Shown piece by piece: positions 24,278-36,389 of a stretch of DNA of 64,000 nucleotides. A program made the position numbers and the translations under genes. The notes under the pieces were generated by a model that searched no databases, was not told the origin of the DNA, and saw nothing but the letters and a program-made list of their open reading frames with translations. Source of the stretch: Vitrella brassicaformis CCMP3155 (taxonomy: Eukaryota > Protista > Chromerida); NCBI GenBank assembly GCA_001179505.1, contig CDMY01000377.1, forward strand, positions 30,800 to 94,799, read 5' to 3'. The stretch's first letter is position 1, and each line of letters opens with the position of its first letter.

Positions 24278-27200
24278 TCACAGCTCGATCTCCTCCGCCC
24301 ACATCTTGCCCCCGAGGTGCTCCCCCAAATTATCCATCACGACACGGCGCGTCTTGTCGTAGGGGGCCGCCTCGGTCGTGCAGATGTCAACATCGCGTCG
24401 ACTCCCCCAATCCTCCACCCGAATCACCGCCATGTGCCCCTCGCCCATCACCTCACTCCCCACCACCACCAGCCGATCATGGCGCACCGCCGCCCCGTCA
24501 GGCCGCTCCTTGTCGAAGACGGCCACGCCCCGTGGCCACCCCCCGACCTGTGCAACATCGCTGGCAGAGATCGCCAGCAGCTGACACACATGCTGAAATG
24601 CAGCAAAGGAAGGGCGGCAAGACCTCCAGGATTTGATCCAACGGATGTGCTCGCCGTAACGAAGCCAGTAGAACAGCTCGAAGGCCACCATACAGGCGTA
24701 GGTGGGATACGTCACGAAGGCCTCCATCTGTGTGGGCGGGCTGGCGGGGTCGAATGCATTGGGGAAGAGGGGGCTTGGGGAGGCCAGGAGGGTCGGCCTG
24801 GAACGGCCAGTGGGGGGGCAAAGAATGCCGTCGTGGTCCATCAGCAGTCTCTGTCGGCCTAGATCATCAGCGACAGTGATCCCCCGGCTGAGGATCTTCC
24901 ACTGGCGGACCGCCTCGGTCCGGCCGACGAAGGCCGCCCGGCTGCCGAACGCGTCGAAATGCTCATCGCCCAACACCACTGGCCTCCTTCCCCTCAGGAT
25001 GTAGAGCATCTCCAAGTGAGGTCGCCATCTCCGCCAGTTGCCGCCCCTCTCGAGCATGAACAGCCGACGGGTGAGCTGTTGGATGAGGTAGGCGATGCAG
25101 CAGCCGTGGCTGAGTGCGGCAGGGAGCGGCAGCTGGGGGATGATGCACACCAGAAATGAGCCGAATCCAAGAGTCGGCAGCAGCACGCCCAATACACGCA
25201 GAAGGAGGGGCAGGAGTATGGGGGCGATGTCGTTGCGAAGGGCCTTATCAAAGCGGCTGAGGGCGATCATTCCAGCGTAGCTGCTGCTGCTGAGGCACTG
25301 GGCGATGGTCGGCATCACTTCACGGGGCACGGCAGAGAAGGGCACGCCCTCTTGCCTATCGCCTGTTATGACCGCTACATCACAAACAATGTCATTCAGC
25401 ACGTGTATGTGCCTTTGTGATTGTGTCCTTCTGCACTGGAGCTGTTGGTTACCATCGGCAGCAGACGCGGCAGACGAGGATGGCTCGCTACTAGACGCGC
25501 CAGCTCCATCAGCAGCAGCAGCCGACATCTGCGGACCCGCAACAGACCTAACACGGACACTCCGCGACTGCTCGAGCTGGTCACTGCACACGAGAGGGAG
25601 AAAGGGGGAGACAGAGTGGAGGTGTGGTGTGTTGGCTGTGGGTGTCGGGGGTGTGGTATGACCTCTCCGACAACTGATGGGGATAGTACTCGCTCTCGGA
25701 ACGCATCTGACCAGCCATGCCACACCCCACACACATGCACCCATCCATCGTCTGCCTTTCCCCTCTCCCCCCCGCCCCCGCGTGCCACTGACACTGACCT
25801 GGCCCTCCTCGTAATCCTCGTCCTCGTAAAGGGGCGGGGGCGGCTGGGTGGGCCGCTCCGGCAACAACACACCCACACCCGAGCTAACGCTACCCTTTCC
25901 CCCACCCTCTCCGTCCCCCTCCTCCTCTATGCCCTCCTCTCCCTCACCCACACCCACATCGGGCTTGGCCCCCTTCTCGCCCCGCATAAAATTGCCCATG
26001 TGCTCCCGCAGCTCAGGTGAGATGCCCGCCGAGCGCGTCTTGCCCTTCTGGTGCTGTTTCTTCTTGATCCGAATGTCGCGCGTGGCCTCGCCCTTGAGGA
26101 CCGCCTGTGTGCTGCTGTCCTGGTTGATCTGGAGGGCGTTTATCTCCTGCCGGATGGTGCTGTGGGCGCGGGGGATGCGCGCGAAGCCGCCCTGGGGCGG
26201 CTTGCTGGGGCCGCCCGTGGTGGTGGTGCCGCCCCCGTTCTGCTGCTGCTGCTGTTGGTGGGCGACAAGGTTGCTGAGGGGCGTGACGAGGCCGCCGTTG
26301 GTCATGTTGGTGTCGTCCTGCTCGCCGCCCTCCTCAGGAATGATGGCGCCGACGTTTGGCGTCGGGTAGAATGTCGCGCCCCGGCTGTCATAGGGGGCCT
26401 GGAGGTCGGGCTCGGAACTGTTGGTGTAGATGACCCCCGCGGCCGGCAGCACGTGGTGCTGGTCCCTGACCATCACCGGCGGGCGCTGGGGGTACGGAGC
26501 GGGCGGCAGGTAGCTCCGGTCCGGCAGAATCCCACCATCCATACCCATCCCGCCATCTACTCCCCTGCCCATGTTGCCCGGCATCGCTATCCCTCCGCCC
26601 CCTTGTTTCTTCTGCAGTTGCTGCGGCATCATGGCCGGGAGCGTCCCACGGCCGGTCACCTGCTGGTGCTGATGCATGAGCTGCTGGTACTGGTGCTGCG
26701 GTGGCCGCACCTGATGGCCGCCTCCGCCCCCTCCCCCAACCCACGGCGGCATGAAGGGCACTGGGGTGGTCTCGCCCTGCCCCTGTGTGCCCGGCCCGCT
26801 GCCGAACCCGAGGCCCCTCTTCATGGCCAGCCACGGCGGCTGGAAGAACCCCCTTTGCTGCTGCTGCTGCTGCTGTTGGGGGTGGAAGGGCTTCTGCTTG
26901 GGTCTGAAGTCGTAGGATGCGTGTGCCTCCGGGAGGTTTGCGGGCCCCTGTGGGGTGGCTGCGGTGTTGGTGTACTGGATGATGTTGGGCGGGAGCGTCG
27001 AGTGGGAGCCTGTGGCGGTAAGCTGCGGCCGGGGCGGCGGGCCGGTCCTGGTGGGCTGTGGCGTGCGAGAGGGAGCGGGCATCGTGAGGTTCTGAGCAGA
27101 GCGCGGCGCCATGCCCGACAGATCTTGCGACTGAGAATACGCACCACCTGCACAGACCAACACAACACCGCAACACACAGGGAAAGAAAGATGTACTCCC

Positions 27201-27551
27201 GTGTTGCGCAAAGCGCCGCGCCTTCCTTTCGTGCGTACGGTATGGCTGCAAGTGGGCAGCAGCAGGGCGACCAGCGACGAACCCAGGGGACAGGTTCGCA
27301 CCAGGGCGTCCATAACCTGACCACCCACAACGCAAAACGACGAATGCATCATCAGGTCTGGCGGTTTTCTCGCTTCCTCTCCCCCCTCCCCGTCGCGTGC
27401 GCTCACCACTAGTCGGCGACAGCTGAGGCCTCACCCTAGGGTGCACAGGAGGCGGCTTCTGCGCCGATCCCTCACCAGCACTGCCCGCCATCACGTTAGG
27501 TGTCACCAGCACAGGGCGGGGGGCGAGTGGACGCTGCGGGGGCTGCGACAT
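24278..27551 (-). CDS. Probable chimeric gene: P/Q/G-rich low-complexity N-terminal exons joined to a family B domain
   Basis: ATG at 27551 (MSQPPQRPLAPRP). Small exons with GT-AG borders, a long P/Q/G-rich exon, an intron-like stretch at ~25590-25790, then the family B module 24278-~25550 (FSAVPREVMPTIAQCL...LERGGNWRRWRPHLEMLY...LGEHLGGKMWAEEIEL*). The frame is open from 27409 to 24278. Confidence 0.6.
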
Positions 27552-27671
27552 GGCTCACGTCGGTAACAGATAAGAACAGAGGCTTAATCTATGGCGGGAA
27601 TTCCAAAGTCCCTAACAACCCGGAATTCCCTTTACGCCGTCGTAAACTCTCGAAGAAACGGTTTTACAAGC

Positions 27672-28727
27672 CTTCGAGGGGGGCGGCAACTGGGCCAGAT
27701 GGAAGCCTCACCTGGAGATGCTGTACTTGCTGAGGGGCAATAGGCCTGTGGTGCTGGGTGACGACAACTTCGGCGTGTTTGGCAGCCGGCGGCCTTCATC
27801 GGCGAGGCAGAGGCGGTGCGGCAGTGGAAGATACTCAGCTGGGGGGTCATTGTCAGTTTTCGAAACCAGCTACAGCTGATGAACGGCAACACCATCCTTC
27901 GCTTTCACATTTGCCCTTACACCCCCACCCTCTTTGCCAGCCCCGTCTTCCCTCACGTACCATTCGACCCCACCAACCCGCCCACTAAGCTGAGCGGCTT
28001 GACGTACCCCAACTACACATCAATGGTGGCATTCGTCTTGTTCGGCTGGCTCTATTACGACAGCGACTTCCCTTGCATCAGGTCCTGGGTGTCTTGGCGT
28101 CGTGCCTCTGCTGCACGCCGGCGTGTCGTTGCAGTGCTGGCGGCCTCTCCCAGCGATGAGGCACAGTGGGGGGCGGGGGCGGCCGTGTTCGACAAGCGGC
28201 TCCCGGACGTGNNNNNNNNNNNNNNNNNNNNNNNNNNNNNNNNNNNNNNNNNNNNNNNNNNNNNNNNNNNNNNNNNNNNNNNNNNNNNNNNNNNNNNNNN
28301 NNNNNNNNNNNNNNNNNNNNNNNNNNNNNNNNNNNNNNNNNNNNNNNNNNNNNNNNNNNNNNNNNNNNNNNNNNNNNNNNNNNNNNNNNNNNNNNNNNNN
28401 NNNNNNNNNNNNNNNNNNNNNNNNNNNNNNNNNNNNNNNNNNNNNNNNNNNNNNNNNNNNNNNNNNNNNNNNNNNNNNNNNNNNNNNNNNNNNNNNNNNN
28501 NNNNNNNNNNNAGTGAGGCGGTGGGAAAGGGACGCCTGGCACTTATTTGGCTGAGCGATCACAAATTTCCCTCTGATGTGTCCGTCTACACGACCGAGTG
28601 GTTCCCCCACGACAAGACGCGCAATGCCGTGATGAGAATGCTTGGGGATCAGCTGGGGGGAAAGATGTGGCGGAAGGAGGATGAGGTGAACGAGGACAGG
28701 CAAGTCACGGCCTGCACTGTGATGTGA
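27672..28727 (+). pseudogene. 5'-truncated, frameshifted family B copy (spans N gap 28212-28511)
   Basis: Begins abruptly at GGNWARWKPHLEMLYLLRGNRPVVLG. One-nt deletion at ~27790 (AGCCGGCGGCC vs AGCCGGGCGGCC). C-terminus TTEWFPHDKTRNAVMRMLGDQLGGKMW. Confidence 0.8.
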
Positions 28728-29799
28728 TCGGGGCTTTGCCGATATGTCGATTTTCCCATGACAGAGGGATGGTTGGCGGTCAATAGGAGCGGAGACAGAC
28801 AGACAGACAGACAGACAGGCAGCGGGCTTTTCGTCGCTGCCCGTCTGCTTGCATGGTGCCTCTGTATGCGTTCCCCCGGCTGCATGCTGCGCATGTCTCT
28901 CTGGTGAGGCATGGCGTGGCGTATGTCTGTGTTGATGGAACACGTGAATGAATGCGCCCCTTCGCCAGCTGCTGCCCCTGCCCAGTCGCTGAGGCGCACG
29001 CATGGCGAGATCTCGCCGCAGGAAGAAGTGTGAGACTTGATCTGTTCCATGCACATATGTGATTAGATCAGCCTTCTGTGTTGTTGCACACGTGGGCAGT
29101 GAGTGAGTGAGGTTGGCTGGCCAGTTGGTTGTCTGCGAGGGGGCGGGTGCCTTGTCATGTGGCCGGATGGATGGATGGATGAATGTGTGGACACGACAAT
29201 CGCATGGATGGATGGATGGATGGACACCTGTGGACAGAGGGTGGTGTGGTGGTGTCATCCATCGGTCGACTGAAGCTCTGCGTGTCTTGCGATGAGAAAG
29301 CTGTGATTCAATCCAAGAAGCTGGCAGTCTGGTCAAAGAAGCTGGCACCTGTGTTCAGCTGGCAAACGGCAGGTTTCTGGGTGGGAGAGGCACTGAGATG
29401 GTCAAGCAACATGTGCTGAGGAAGAATCGGTCCTTTGCAATGGAAAAGCTAAGAGTGGATTCGCTGCCTTTGTGCGGATCAGGGATATGCAATGTGTACA
29501 GCCGCTGGACTCGGATAACTTGAAGGCGTGTGCAAGTGTGGGCGTGTTCAGTGTGACTCATGAGCTGGTTGCAGAGATGCACGCATTTCATTCTCGCCCA
29601 TGGACGAGCAGATACGAGCAGTCTTACTTTCCCATCCTACTTCTGTCTCTATGCGATCGCCACGCCACACACAACCAGCCCTCATTCTCGATAAAAGAAG
29701 GTACGCAAAAACATCACTCCCGGAAATGAGTAGACAACCATTCACTCACGCGCCAGTCACGAACATAACACATTTGGCCTATCTGGCCATCTGCCTTGC

Positions 29800-30673
29800 C
29801 TACATGATAACGCATCCATACTCGCTCTCCTCCCGCCACACCTTGTCCCCCAGCTGCCGCCCTAGTACTCTCATCACGGCATTGCGCGTGCGGTCGTGGG
29901 GGGCAGACTCCGTCGTGTACACATTGACACGACGTTCATCTCCCCAATCCGCCAGCTGAATCCCAGCCGTGTGCCCCTCACCGACCGCCTCACTGCCCAA
30001 CACCACCAGCCGCAAATGCCATCGATCCTTATACTTTTTGTCGAACACGGCCATACCCTTCCCCCACTGTGCCGCATCGCTGGGAGGGGCCGCCAGCAAT
30101 TGATACACTCGCCGGAATGCAGCAGAAGCAGGACACCGAGACGACCAGTCTCTGGAGAAGGTGAGGTAGCCGCCGTCACTAAGCCAATTAAAGACGCTGA
30201 ACGCCACCATAGAAGCGTAAGTGCGGTAGACCCAGCGCACACACAGACCGTCCAGCTGTGTGGGCGGGTCGGCATGGTTCAGCTGTGTGGGCGGGTCGGC
30301 AGGGTTGAATGTGTCGTGAGGGAAGAGGGGGCTGGGTGCGTCGAGGAGGGTGGGGGGGCGCCAGCGATGAAGGCCATAGCCCCAGCCATAGCCCCAGCCA
30401 TGAAGCCATTGCTGGCCTCTACGGTGGAGAGTCAGCCCCCGGCTGAGTATCTTCCATTGGCGGACCGCCTCGGTCTCGCCGATGAAGCCCCGGCCCGTCT
30501 GGCTGCCGAACACCTCGAAATGCTCATCGCCCAGCACCACTGGCCACTTGCCGCATATGTGATAGAGCAGCTCCAAATGAGGCCGCCACCTCGAGAAATC
30601 GCGGCCATACTCCAGCATCATTAGCCGTCGTGTGATGGCCACAACAACGGCCGCGTCCTGGCTCAGCTGAGGG
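29800..30673 (-). CDS. Family B, 3' portion (5' part lies beyond the gap, probably at 32107-32449)
   Basis: Open frame PQLSQDAAVV...MLEYGRDFSRWRPHLELLY...LGRQLGDKVWREESEYGCVIM*. Confidence 0.8.
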
Positions 30674-30973
30674 NNNNNNNNNNNNNNNNNNNNNNNNNNN
30701 NNNNNNNNNNNNNNNNNNNNNNNNNNNNNNNNNNNNNNNNNNNNNNNNNNNNNNNNNNNNNNNNNNNNNNNNNNNNNNNNNNNNNNNNNNNNNNNNNNNN
30801 NNNNNNNNNNNNNNNNNNNNNNNNNNNNNNNNNNNNNNNNNNNNNNNNNNNNNNNNNNNNNNNNNNNNNNNNNNNNNNNNNNNNNNNNNNNNNNNNNNNN
30901 NNNNNNNNNNNNNNNNNNNNNNNNNNNNNNNNNNNNNNNNNNNNNNNNNNNNNNNNNNNNNNNNNNNNNNNNN

Positions 30974-31113
30974 GGCATCACCAATGTATGCATGCTGGCG
31001 CTTTCGTCGCTCGGCTCACCGTGAATAAGGCCTTCAGCCATCGCCACGGGTTTAACATGCCGACGTCTTGATCGGGTCAGAACCGCCTGTGAGTCGCAGT
31101 TCTGCCACACACG

Positions 31114-31149
<36 letters not shown>

Positions 31150-31806
31150 TCACATTTCCCTGTCATCCTCCATGCCCTCGGTCCTTCTTGTTCTCCCTTT
31201 GCACCTCAATACGTCCAGATCACTGCAGCCAGAGCGATGATGCCGACATCTGTGCCGATTGATATCATCACAGCGCGTCTTTGTGTATGTCACACAGACC
31301 CACCATCGCCATGTTGCACCGGAGAAGAGGGGGGGAAAAGGGCTGAAGGGGAAGAATTGGGCCAAGCTCGCAGGCCGATCCGGGCGAGCATGCCTTGGTC
31401 CGCATTTGCAACTCATGGAGGGTGAGATGAGTGTAGTTCGCTTTCACGTGCTGACTGAGTCGTGGTGATTGATGGCGTCTTCGTTGCCCGACGAGCTGTG
31501 GCGAGGCCGGGTGGTGAGGTGCCTGCAGCTGCCTGATGTGATATTTCTCCGCAAAACCTCCCGCGCCATCGGCACGTCCATTATCACGGCCGCTCTGCTA
31601 GTGGAGCGCATCGACGGCTCCCTCGCCCGCCACTCACTCACCGGCCTCATCGACATCGACCGCACTGCCCCTCTCCCATTCAGCTACGTGCTGCGGGCGG
31701 CCTATGTGCTGGAGCAGGGCAACGACGAGTGGCCTGGGATGGGGCGGCTCATCCGGCTGGCCGCCATCTATCGGCTGACACCTGTCAATGGGCTGCCCCT
31801 GGTGCT
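30974..31806. repeat. Gap-bounded near-identical copy of 32384-33225 (B 5' end, spacer, A1 5' end)
   Basis: Differs from 32384-33225 only by scattered SNPs and microsatellite length. Contains the B ATG at 31041 (-) and the A1 ATG at 31472 (+). Flanked on both sides by 300-N gaps. Confidence 0.85.
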
Positions 31807-32106
31807 NNNNNNNNNNNNNNNNNNNNNNNNNNNNNNNNNNNNNNNNNNNNNNNNNNNNNNNNNNNNNNNNNNNNNNNNNNNNNNNNNNNNNNNNNNNNNN
31901 NNNNNNNNNNNNNNNNNNNNNNNNNNNNNNNNNNNNNNNNNNNNNNNNNNNNNNNNNNNNNNNNNNNNNNNNNNNNNNNNNNNNNNNNNNNNNNNNNNNN
32001 NNNNNNNNNNNNNNNNNNNNNNNNNNNNNNNNNNNNNNNNNNNNNNNNNNNNNNNNNNNNNNNNNNNNNNNNNNNNNNNNNNNNNNNNNNNNNNNNNNNN
32101 NNNNNN

Positions 32107-32449
32107 TCCACCACGCTGCCGAAGCTGCCTTCCACGACAACGGGCAGCAGTCGTGTGAGGATGGGCAGCAGGATGCAGGGTTGAACTGTGTGGGGTGGGC
32201 GTCGATGAGGGCCTCCAGCTGCGAATAGCTCTTGACGTACTCGGCGATGATGACCGCTGCCTCCTCAGGCACATTAGCGGCACTGACGGCTGGTTCCACC
32301 ATAGAAGGGACACTAGCTGATGCCTCAGAGCTGGCGCCTCCGTCACGCGCAGCCAATGTCTGCAACCCCCGCCGACCGACAGGCATCACGAATGTATGCA
32401 TGCTGGCGCTTTCGTCGCTCGGCTCACCGTGAATAAGGCCTTCAGCCAT
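32107..32449 (-). pseudogene. Family B 5' portion with a 1-nt deletion
   Basis: MAEGLIHGEPSDES...VPEEAAVIIAEYVKSYSQLEALIDAHPTQF, then -1 at ~32175 relative to the 51.7-kb copy. This could be a sequencing error. Confidence 0.65.
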
Positions 32450-32889
32450 CGCCACGGGTTTAACATGCCGACGTCTTGATCGGGTCAGAACCGCCTGTGA
32501 GTCGCAGTTCTGCCACACACGCACACACACACACACACACACACAAAGAGAGAGAGAGAGAGAGAGATCACATTTCCCTGTCATCCTCCATGCCCTCGGT
32601 CCTTCTTGTTCTCCCTTTGCACCTCAATACGTCCAGATCACTGCAGCCAGAGCGATGATGCCGACATCTGTGCCGATTGATATCATCACAGCGCGTCTTT
32701 GTGTATGTCACACAGACCCACCATCGCCATGTTGCACCGGAGAAGAGGGGGGGGAAAGGGCTGAAGGGGAAGAATTGCGCCAAGCTCGCAGGCCGATCCG
32801 GGCGAGCATGCCTTGGTCCGCATTTGCAACTCATGGAGGGTGAGATGAGTGTAGTTCGCTTTCACGTGCTGACTGAGTCGTGGTGATTG

Positions 32890-33930
32890 ATGGCGTCTTC
32901 GTTGCCCGACGAGCTGTGGCGAGGCCGGGTGGTGAGGTGCCTGCAGCTGCCTGATGTGATATTTCTCCGCAAAACCTCCCGCGCCATCGGCACGTCCATT
33001 ATCACGGCCGCTCTGCTAGTGGAGCGCATCGACGGCTCCCTCGCCCGCCACTCACTCACCGGCCTCATCGACATCGACCGCACTGCCCCTCTCCCATTCA
33101 GCTACGTGCTGCGGGCGGCCTATGTGCTGGAGCAGGGCAACGACGAGTGGCCTGTGATGGGGCGGCTCATCCGGCTGGCCGCCATCCATCGGCTGACACC
33201 TGTCAATGGGCTGCCCCTGGTGCTGTCGGCTCAGTGGCTGACAGCCCACCTTCCCAGCAGGACGGCATTCCACCAGCTGCCACTGGCGATGGCAATCTAT
33301 TGGCTGTTCGGCCACCTGCTGACACACAACACACACAGCCTGGCGCTGCAGCAGACCAGCATTCAGTATCGGATCGGCGATGAGTCGTTTCGTGTGGTGC
33401 CGTTGAGTGAGCTGCCGGGCGGCCATCCCTATGTCGACGGCTACAAGCGGACCGACCCCGCCATAAGCTGGACCGGCGATCTCTGCCCCTCCTTCTCGAC
33501 ATTCCTGATGCGAACGCTGCTCGGCAGGGCCTACGCGTGGGCTGGAGAGGGAGTGAACGATAAGAGGGCGCTGTGTGCGGTCATCGGCCATTATGACCCT
33601 CGCTATGGCCGTCTGATGAGGACCGACGACATCACCGAGGATCTGGGCATCGCTGTCGACTATCGCTTTAACCGGGGCGATCTGAATGCTGCTAATCCGA
33701 GAGAAGAAGGTTATGTGGTAGTCAGAGGCTTCCGGCCGGGCGAGACCGTCGCTGCCTGTCTCTGGATGGGGTCGGGCACTATCGTACTGCGGACGATCGA
33801 GCCATCCGCTGCTGATGCGCCTGCATCACTCGCCCACCGCTTCCCCATTTCGGAGCCCCTGTGGCGCCGTCTGCTGCAGCGATTCGTCCTGGACACCGAC
33901 GTAATCGACAAGTGGATGGTGAGGGGGTGA
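32890..33930 (+). CDS. Family A1 protein, intact and intronless
   Basis: ORF MASSLPDELWRGRVVRCLQLPDVIFLRKTSRA...DVIDKWMVRG*. Confidence 0.85.
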   Translation: MASSLPDELWRGRVVRCLQLPDVIFLRKTSRAIGTSIITAALLVERIDGSLARHSLTGLIDIDRTAPLPFSYVLRAAYVLEQGNDEWPVMGRLIRLAAIHRLTPVNGLPLVLSAQWLTAHLPSRTAFHQLPLAMAIYWLFGHLLTHNTHSLALQQTSIQYRIGDESFRVVPLSELPGGHPYVDGYKRTDPAISWTGDLCPSFSTFLMRTLLGRAYAWAGEGVNDKRALCAVIGHYDPRYGRLMRTDDITEDLGIAVDYRFNRGDLNAANPREEGYVVVRGFRPGETVAACLWMGSGTIVLRTIEPSAADAPASLAHRFPISEPLWRRLLQRFVLDTDVIDKWMVRG

Positions 33931-34300
33931 GTGTGGTGCTGGCTGGCGATTTGTGTTGTGTAGCCGTATGCTGGCCGGGCACTGTGTGAGGAGTGGAGGG
34001 GGGCGGAGTGCCTTTAAATGGCTGACGTGACTGAGAATGAATGGGTGAAGGTCGCGATTGCTTTTTTGTCAGACTCAGTGACTGTATGTGGCATAGCTTT
34101 TGTCAATGACTTAATGGCTTGACACAAGTCGCTTCGTTTCACCAGCCATACAAGCATCAGCCTCCACGAAACAGTCACACAGCCTCCACATGAAACAGTG
34201 TTCATAGAAGAAGGTCTGCACATCACATCAGCACGGACTCACCACACACAGTGTTAGTTCACACACTCCATACAGCCCATTCGCAACGTGCAGTTAACGG
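33931..34300 (+). other. Conserved non-coding 3' flank of family A genes
   Basis: TTTAAATGGCTGACGTGACTGAGAATGAAT...GTCGCTTCGTTTC. Homologous blocks at 23396-23640 (+), 49370-49560 (-) and 63727-64000 (-), partial at ~37790-37840 and 53190-53280. Confidence 0.8.
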
Positions 34301-34463
34301 ATCACACTCAGCAGCAGGCAGACAGAGGAAACACATGTTGTCTGTCTATCCCTCTGTCCCCCTCCTGTATCCTATTTAAAACGACAGTCGACACACACAC
34401 ACATAAGCTGGTGGCGAAGCCGCTCAGGACACCATGATCCACCCCATCTGTCCTGCCCCCTAT

Positions 34464-35909
34464 TCACCTCTGCTGCTCCTTCCGCCACACCATGCCCCCC
34501 AAGTGATCCCCCAACACACTCATCACGGCACTGTGCGTGCTGGTATAGGGTATACGCGGGGAGTCGGTCGACCAGATGGAAACATAGCCGCCCTGGTCGT
34601 GAGCGACCGTGGGCTCGTTCGTGAAGATATCCACATGCACTGAATGAAGCCCCGAATCCGTCAGCCGGACAAGTGCCATGAGCCCCTCGCCCATCACCTC
34701 ACTCCCCAGCACCACCAGCCGCTCATGCCATGGCCTCACCCACACCTGCCACTTCCTGTCGAACACGGCCGCCCCCGCCCCCCACTGTGCCGCATCGCTG
34801 GGAGGGGCCGCGAGCAGCTCACACACACGCCGAGATGCAGGAGAATCCCGACAGTAAGACGACAGGCTTCTGATTAAAGTGATACGGCTGTGCTCGCCGT
34901 AACGAAGCCAGTCGATCAGAACGAATGCCACCACCGATGTGTAGTTGGCGTACACGTTGCCTTCGAAGAAGGTGGGCGGGTCGGCGGCGTCCAATGTGTC
35001 CTGAGGGAAGAGGCGGCTGGGTGCGGCGAGGAGGGCGGGGGGGCCATAGCTCCAGCCATGAAGGCCATTGTTGCCGTACATCAGCTGTCTTTGCTGGCCT
35101 CTATGGTGGACAGTGATCGCTCCACTGAGTATTCTCCATTGGCGGACCGCCTCGGTCTCGCCGATGAAGGCCTCCCGGCTGCCGAACGCGTCGAAATGCT
35201 CATCGCCCAGCACCACTGGCCGCTTGCCGCGTATGTGATAGAGCATCTCCAAATGAGGCCGCCACCTCGCCCAATCGCCGCCACGCTCCAGCATCCTCAG
35301 TCGGCGGCTCAGCTGCTCGATGGCGACTGCCATGCGGCAGCCGTGGCTGAGTGCTGCCGGGAGCGGCAGGCGGGGGATTACCCTCATCAGGAATGAGCCG
35401 AGGCCAGCAATGGGCAGCAGCACACCCAATACACGCAGAAGGAGGGGCAGGAGAAATCGGCTGAGGGCGTTGCGATGACTGGGGGCCACTGCAGCAGCCA
35501 CGTCCAGGGCCAGCTGAGGAATGGGCATCTCCACCAGAGCACCGAAGCTGCTTTCCACCACGACGGGCAGCAGTCGGATAAGAATGGGCAGCAGGAGGGC
35601 GGAGGTGCGGAGGGTGGGATGGGCGTCGATGAGGGCCTCCAGCTGCGAATAGCTCCTGACGTGCTCGGCAACCGTCGGCACTGCCTCCTCAGGTACGTCA
35701 GCGGCACTGAGAAGGCGATCATGCTGCTGCTGCTGCTGGTTCGCACACGACGCGTTGCTGGCACCTGAAGCACGAGACACACACACACGCACAAGCCTAT
35801 GTGTCTGCGTGAGTCTCCCTTTTGCAGCGTCACCCTTACCGGAAGCAGCTGAGGCAGCGGATGATGCTTTGCTAGATGTGAGAGGGCCGTCACGAGCAGC
35901 AGTCGACAT
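34464..35909 (-). CDS. Family B protein, apparently intact (possibly one short 5' intron)
   Basis: ATG at 35909 directly after a CAG acceptor (MSTAARDG). Open frame through VPEEAVPTVAEHVRSYSQLEALIDAHP, LERGGDWARWRPHLEMLYHIRGKRPVVLG and LGDHLGGMVWRKEQQR*. Confidence 0.85.
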   Translation of the reverse strand: MSTAARDGPLTSSKASSAASAASGKGDAAKGRLTQTHRLVRVCVSRASGASNASCANQQQQQHDRLLSAADVPEEAVPTVAEHVRSYSQLEALIDAHPTLRTSALLLPILIRLLPVVVESSFGALVEMPIPQLALDVAAAVAPSHRNALSRFLLPLLLRVLGVLLPIAGLGSFLMRVIPRLPLPAALSHGCRMAVAIEQLSRRLRMLERGGDWARWRPHLEMLYHIRGKRPVVLGDEHFDAFGSREAFIGETEAVRQWRILSGAITVHHRGQQRQLMYGNNGLHGWSYGPPALLAAPSRLFPQDTLDAADPPTFFEGNVYANYTSVVAFVLIDWLRYGEHSRITLIRSLSSYCRDSPASRRVCELLAAPPSDAAQWGAGAAVFDRKWQVWVRPWHERLVVLGSEVMGEGLMALVRLTDSGLHSVHVDIFTNEPTVAHDQGGYVSIWSTDSPRIPYTSTHSAVMSVLGDHLGGMVWRKEQQR

Positions 35910-36060
35910 CTGTAAGACACACACAGCACACAACGGAGACCACTCACTGTTTGATTGGGCTCTCTTCCCTCCCTCCCTGCCCACACCTTTAGGACTGATT
36001 CTTCCAGCCTTGTGAGGCACAGATCTGCCACATTGTCAACCACACAGCAACCACACGCAC

Positions 36061-36389
36061 TGTCATCGCTGGTTCCTTCGCGCCCCTCCTGCTGGATCCT
36101 CGCACCTCAATTCGTCAGATCAGCGTCGGCCACAGAGAGCAGATGACGACATCTGAATGGATCGATATCATCAGAAGGTCTTTGATCATCTCAGACACTT
36201 CCCAGCGCCCAAAGCTCGCGAACCGACCGCCCCCCCCGATGGCGAGTCTGAAAGCGTGAGCTGTGAAACCACTCAGCAAAGGTGAGAGGACAGTCAGAGA
36301 GGCCGGGAAAGCATCGAAATGCTTCGTGTATTCAATGTTTTCTGCAGATCACTCACGTCACGCCTCGCTGAGACCTCAGGACATTCACG
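36061..36389. promoter_or_regulatory. Putative bidirectional promoter between divergent B and A genes (uninterrupted form)
   Basis: Lies in the 480-bp intergenic between divergent ATGs. Shares the core (C/A)AAGCTCGC...(G/A)(G/A)GGTGAGA with spacers at 31361-31429, 32780-32847 and 51065-51133, and with the split copy at 54500-54530/61752-61770. Function is inferred. Confidence 0.55.

Noticed and set aside
24278-27409. A single-exon 1043-aa protein
   Set aside because: Parts of the ORF translate typical intron sequence (GT microsatellite, pyrimidine tract) with good splice sites, and a better ATG lies at 27551. The ORF is open through introns because of high GC.
30974-31806. A fifth independent A/B cassette
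   Set aside because: It is gap-bounded and near-identical to 32384-33225. The B sequence left of the first gap (30673) and right of the second (32107) are only ~9 nt apart in the 51.8-kb paralog, so this contig is probably a mis-placed allele or paralog inside a single B gene. Not counted.
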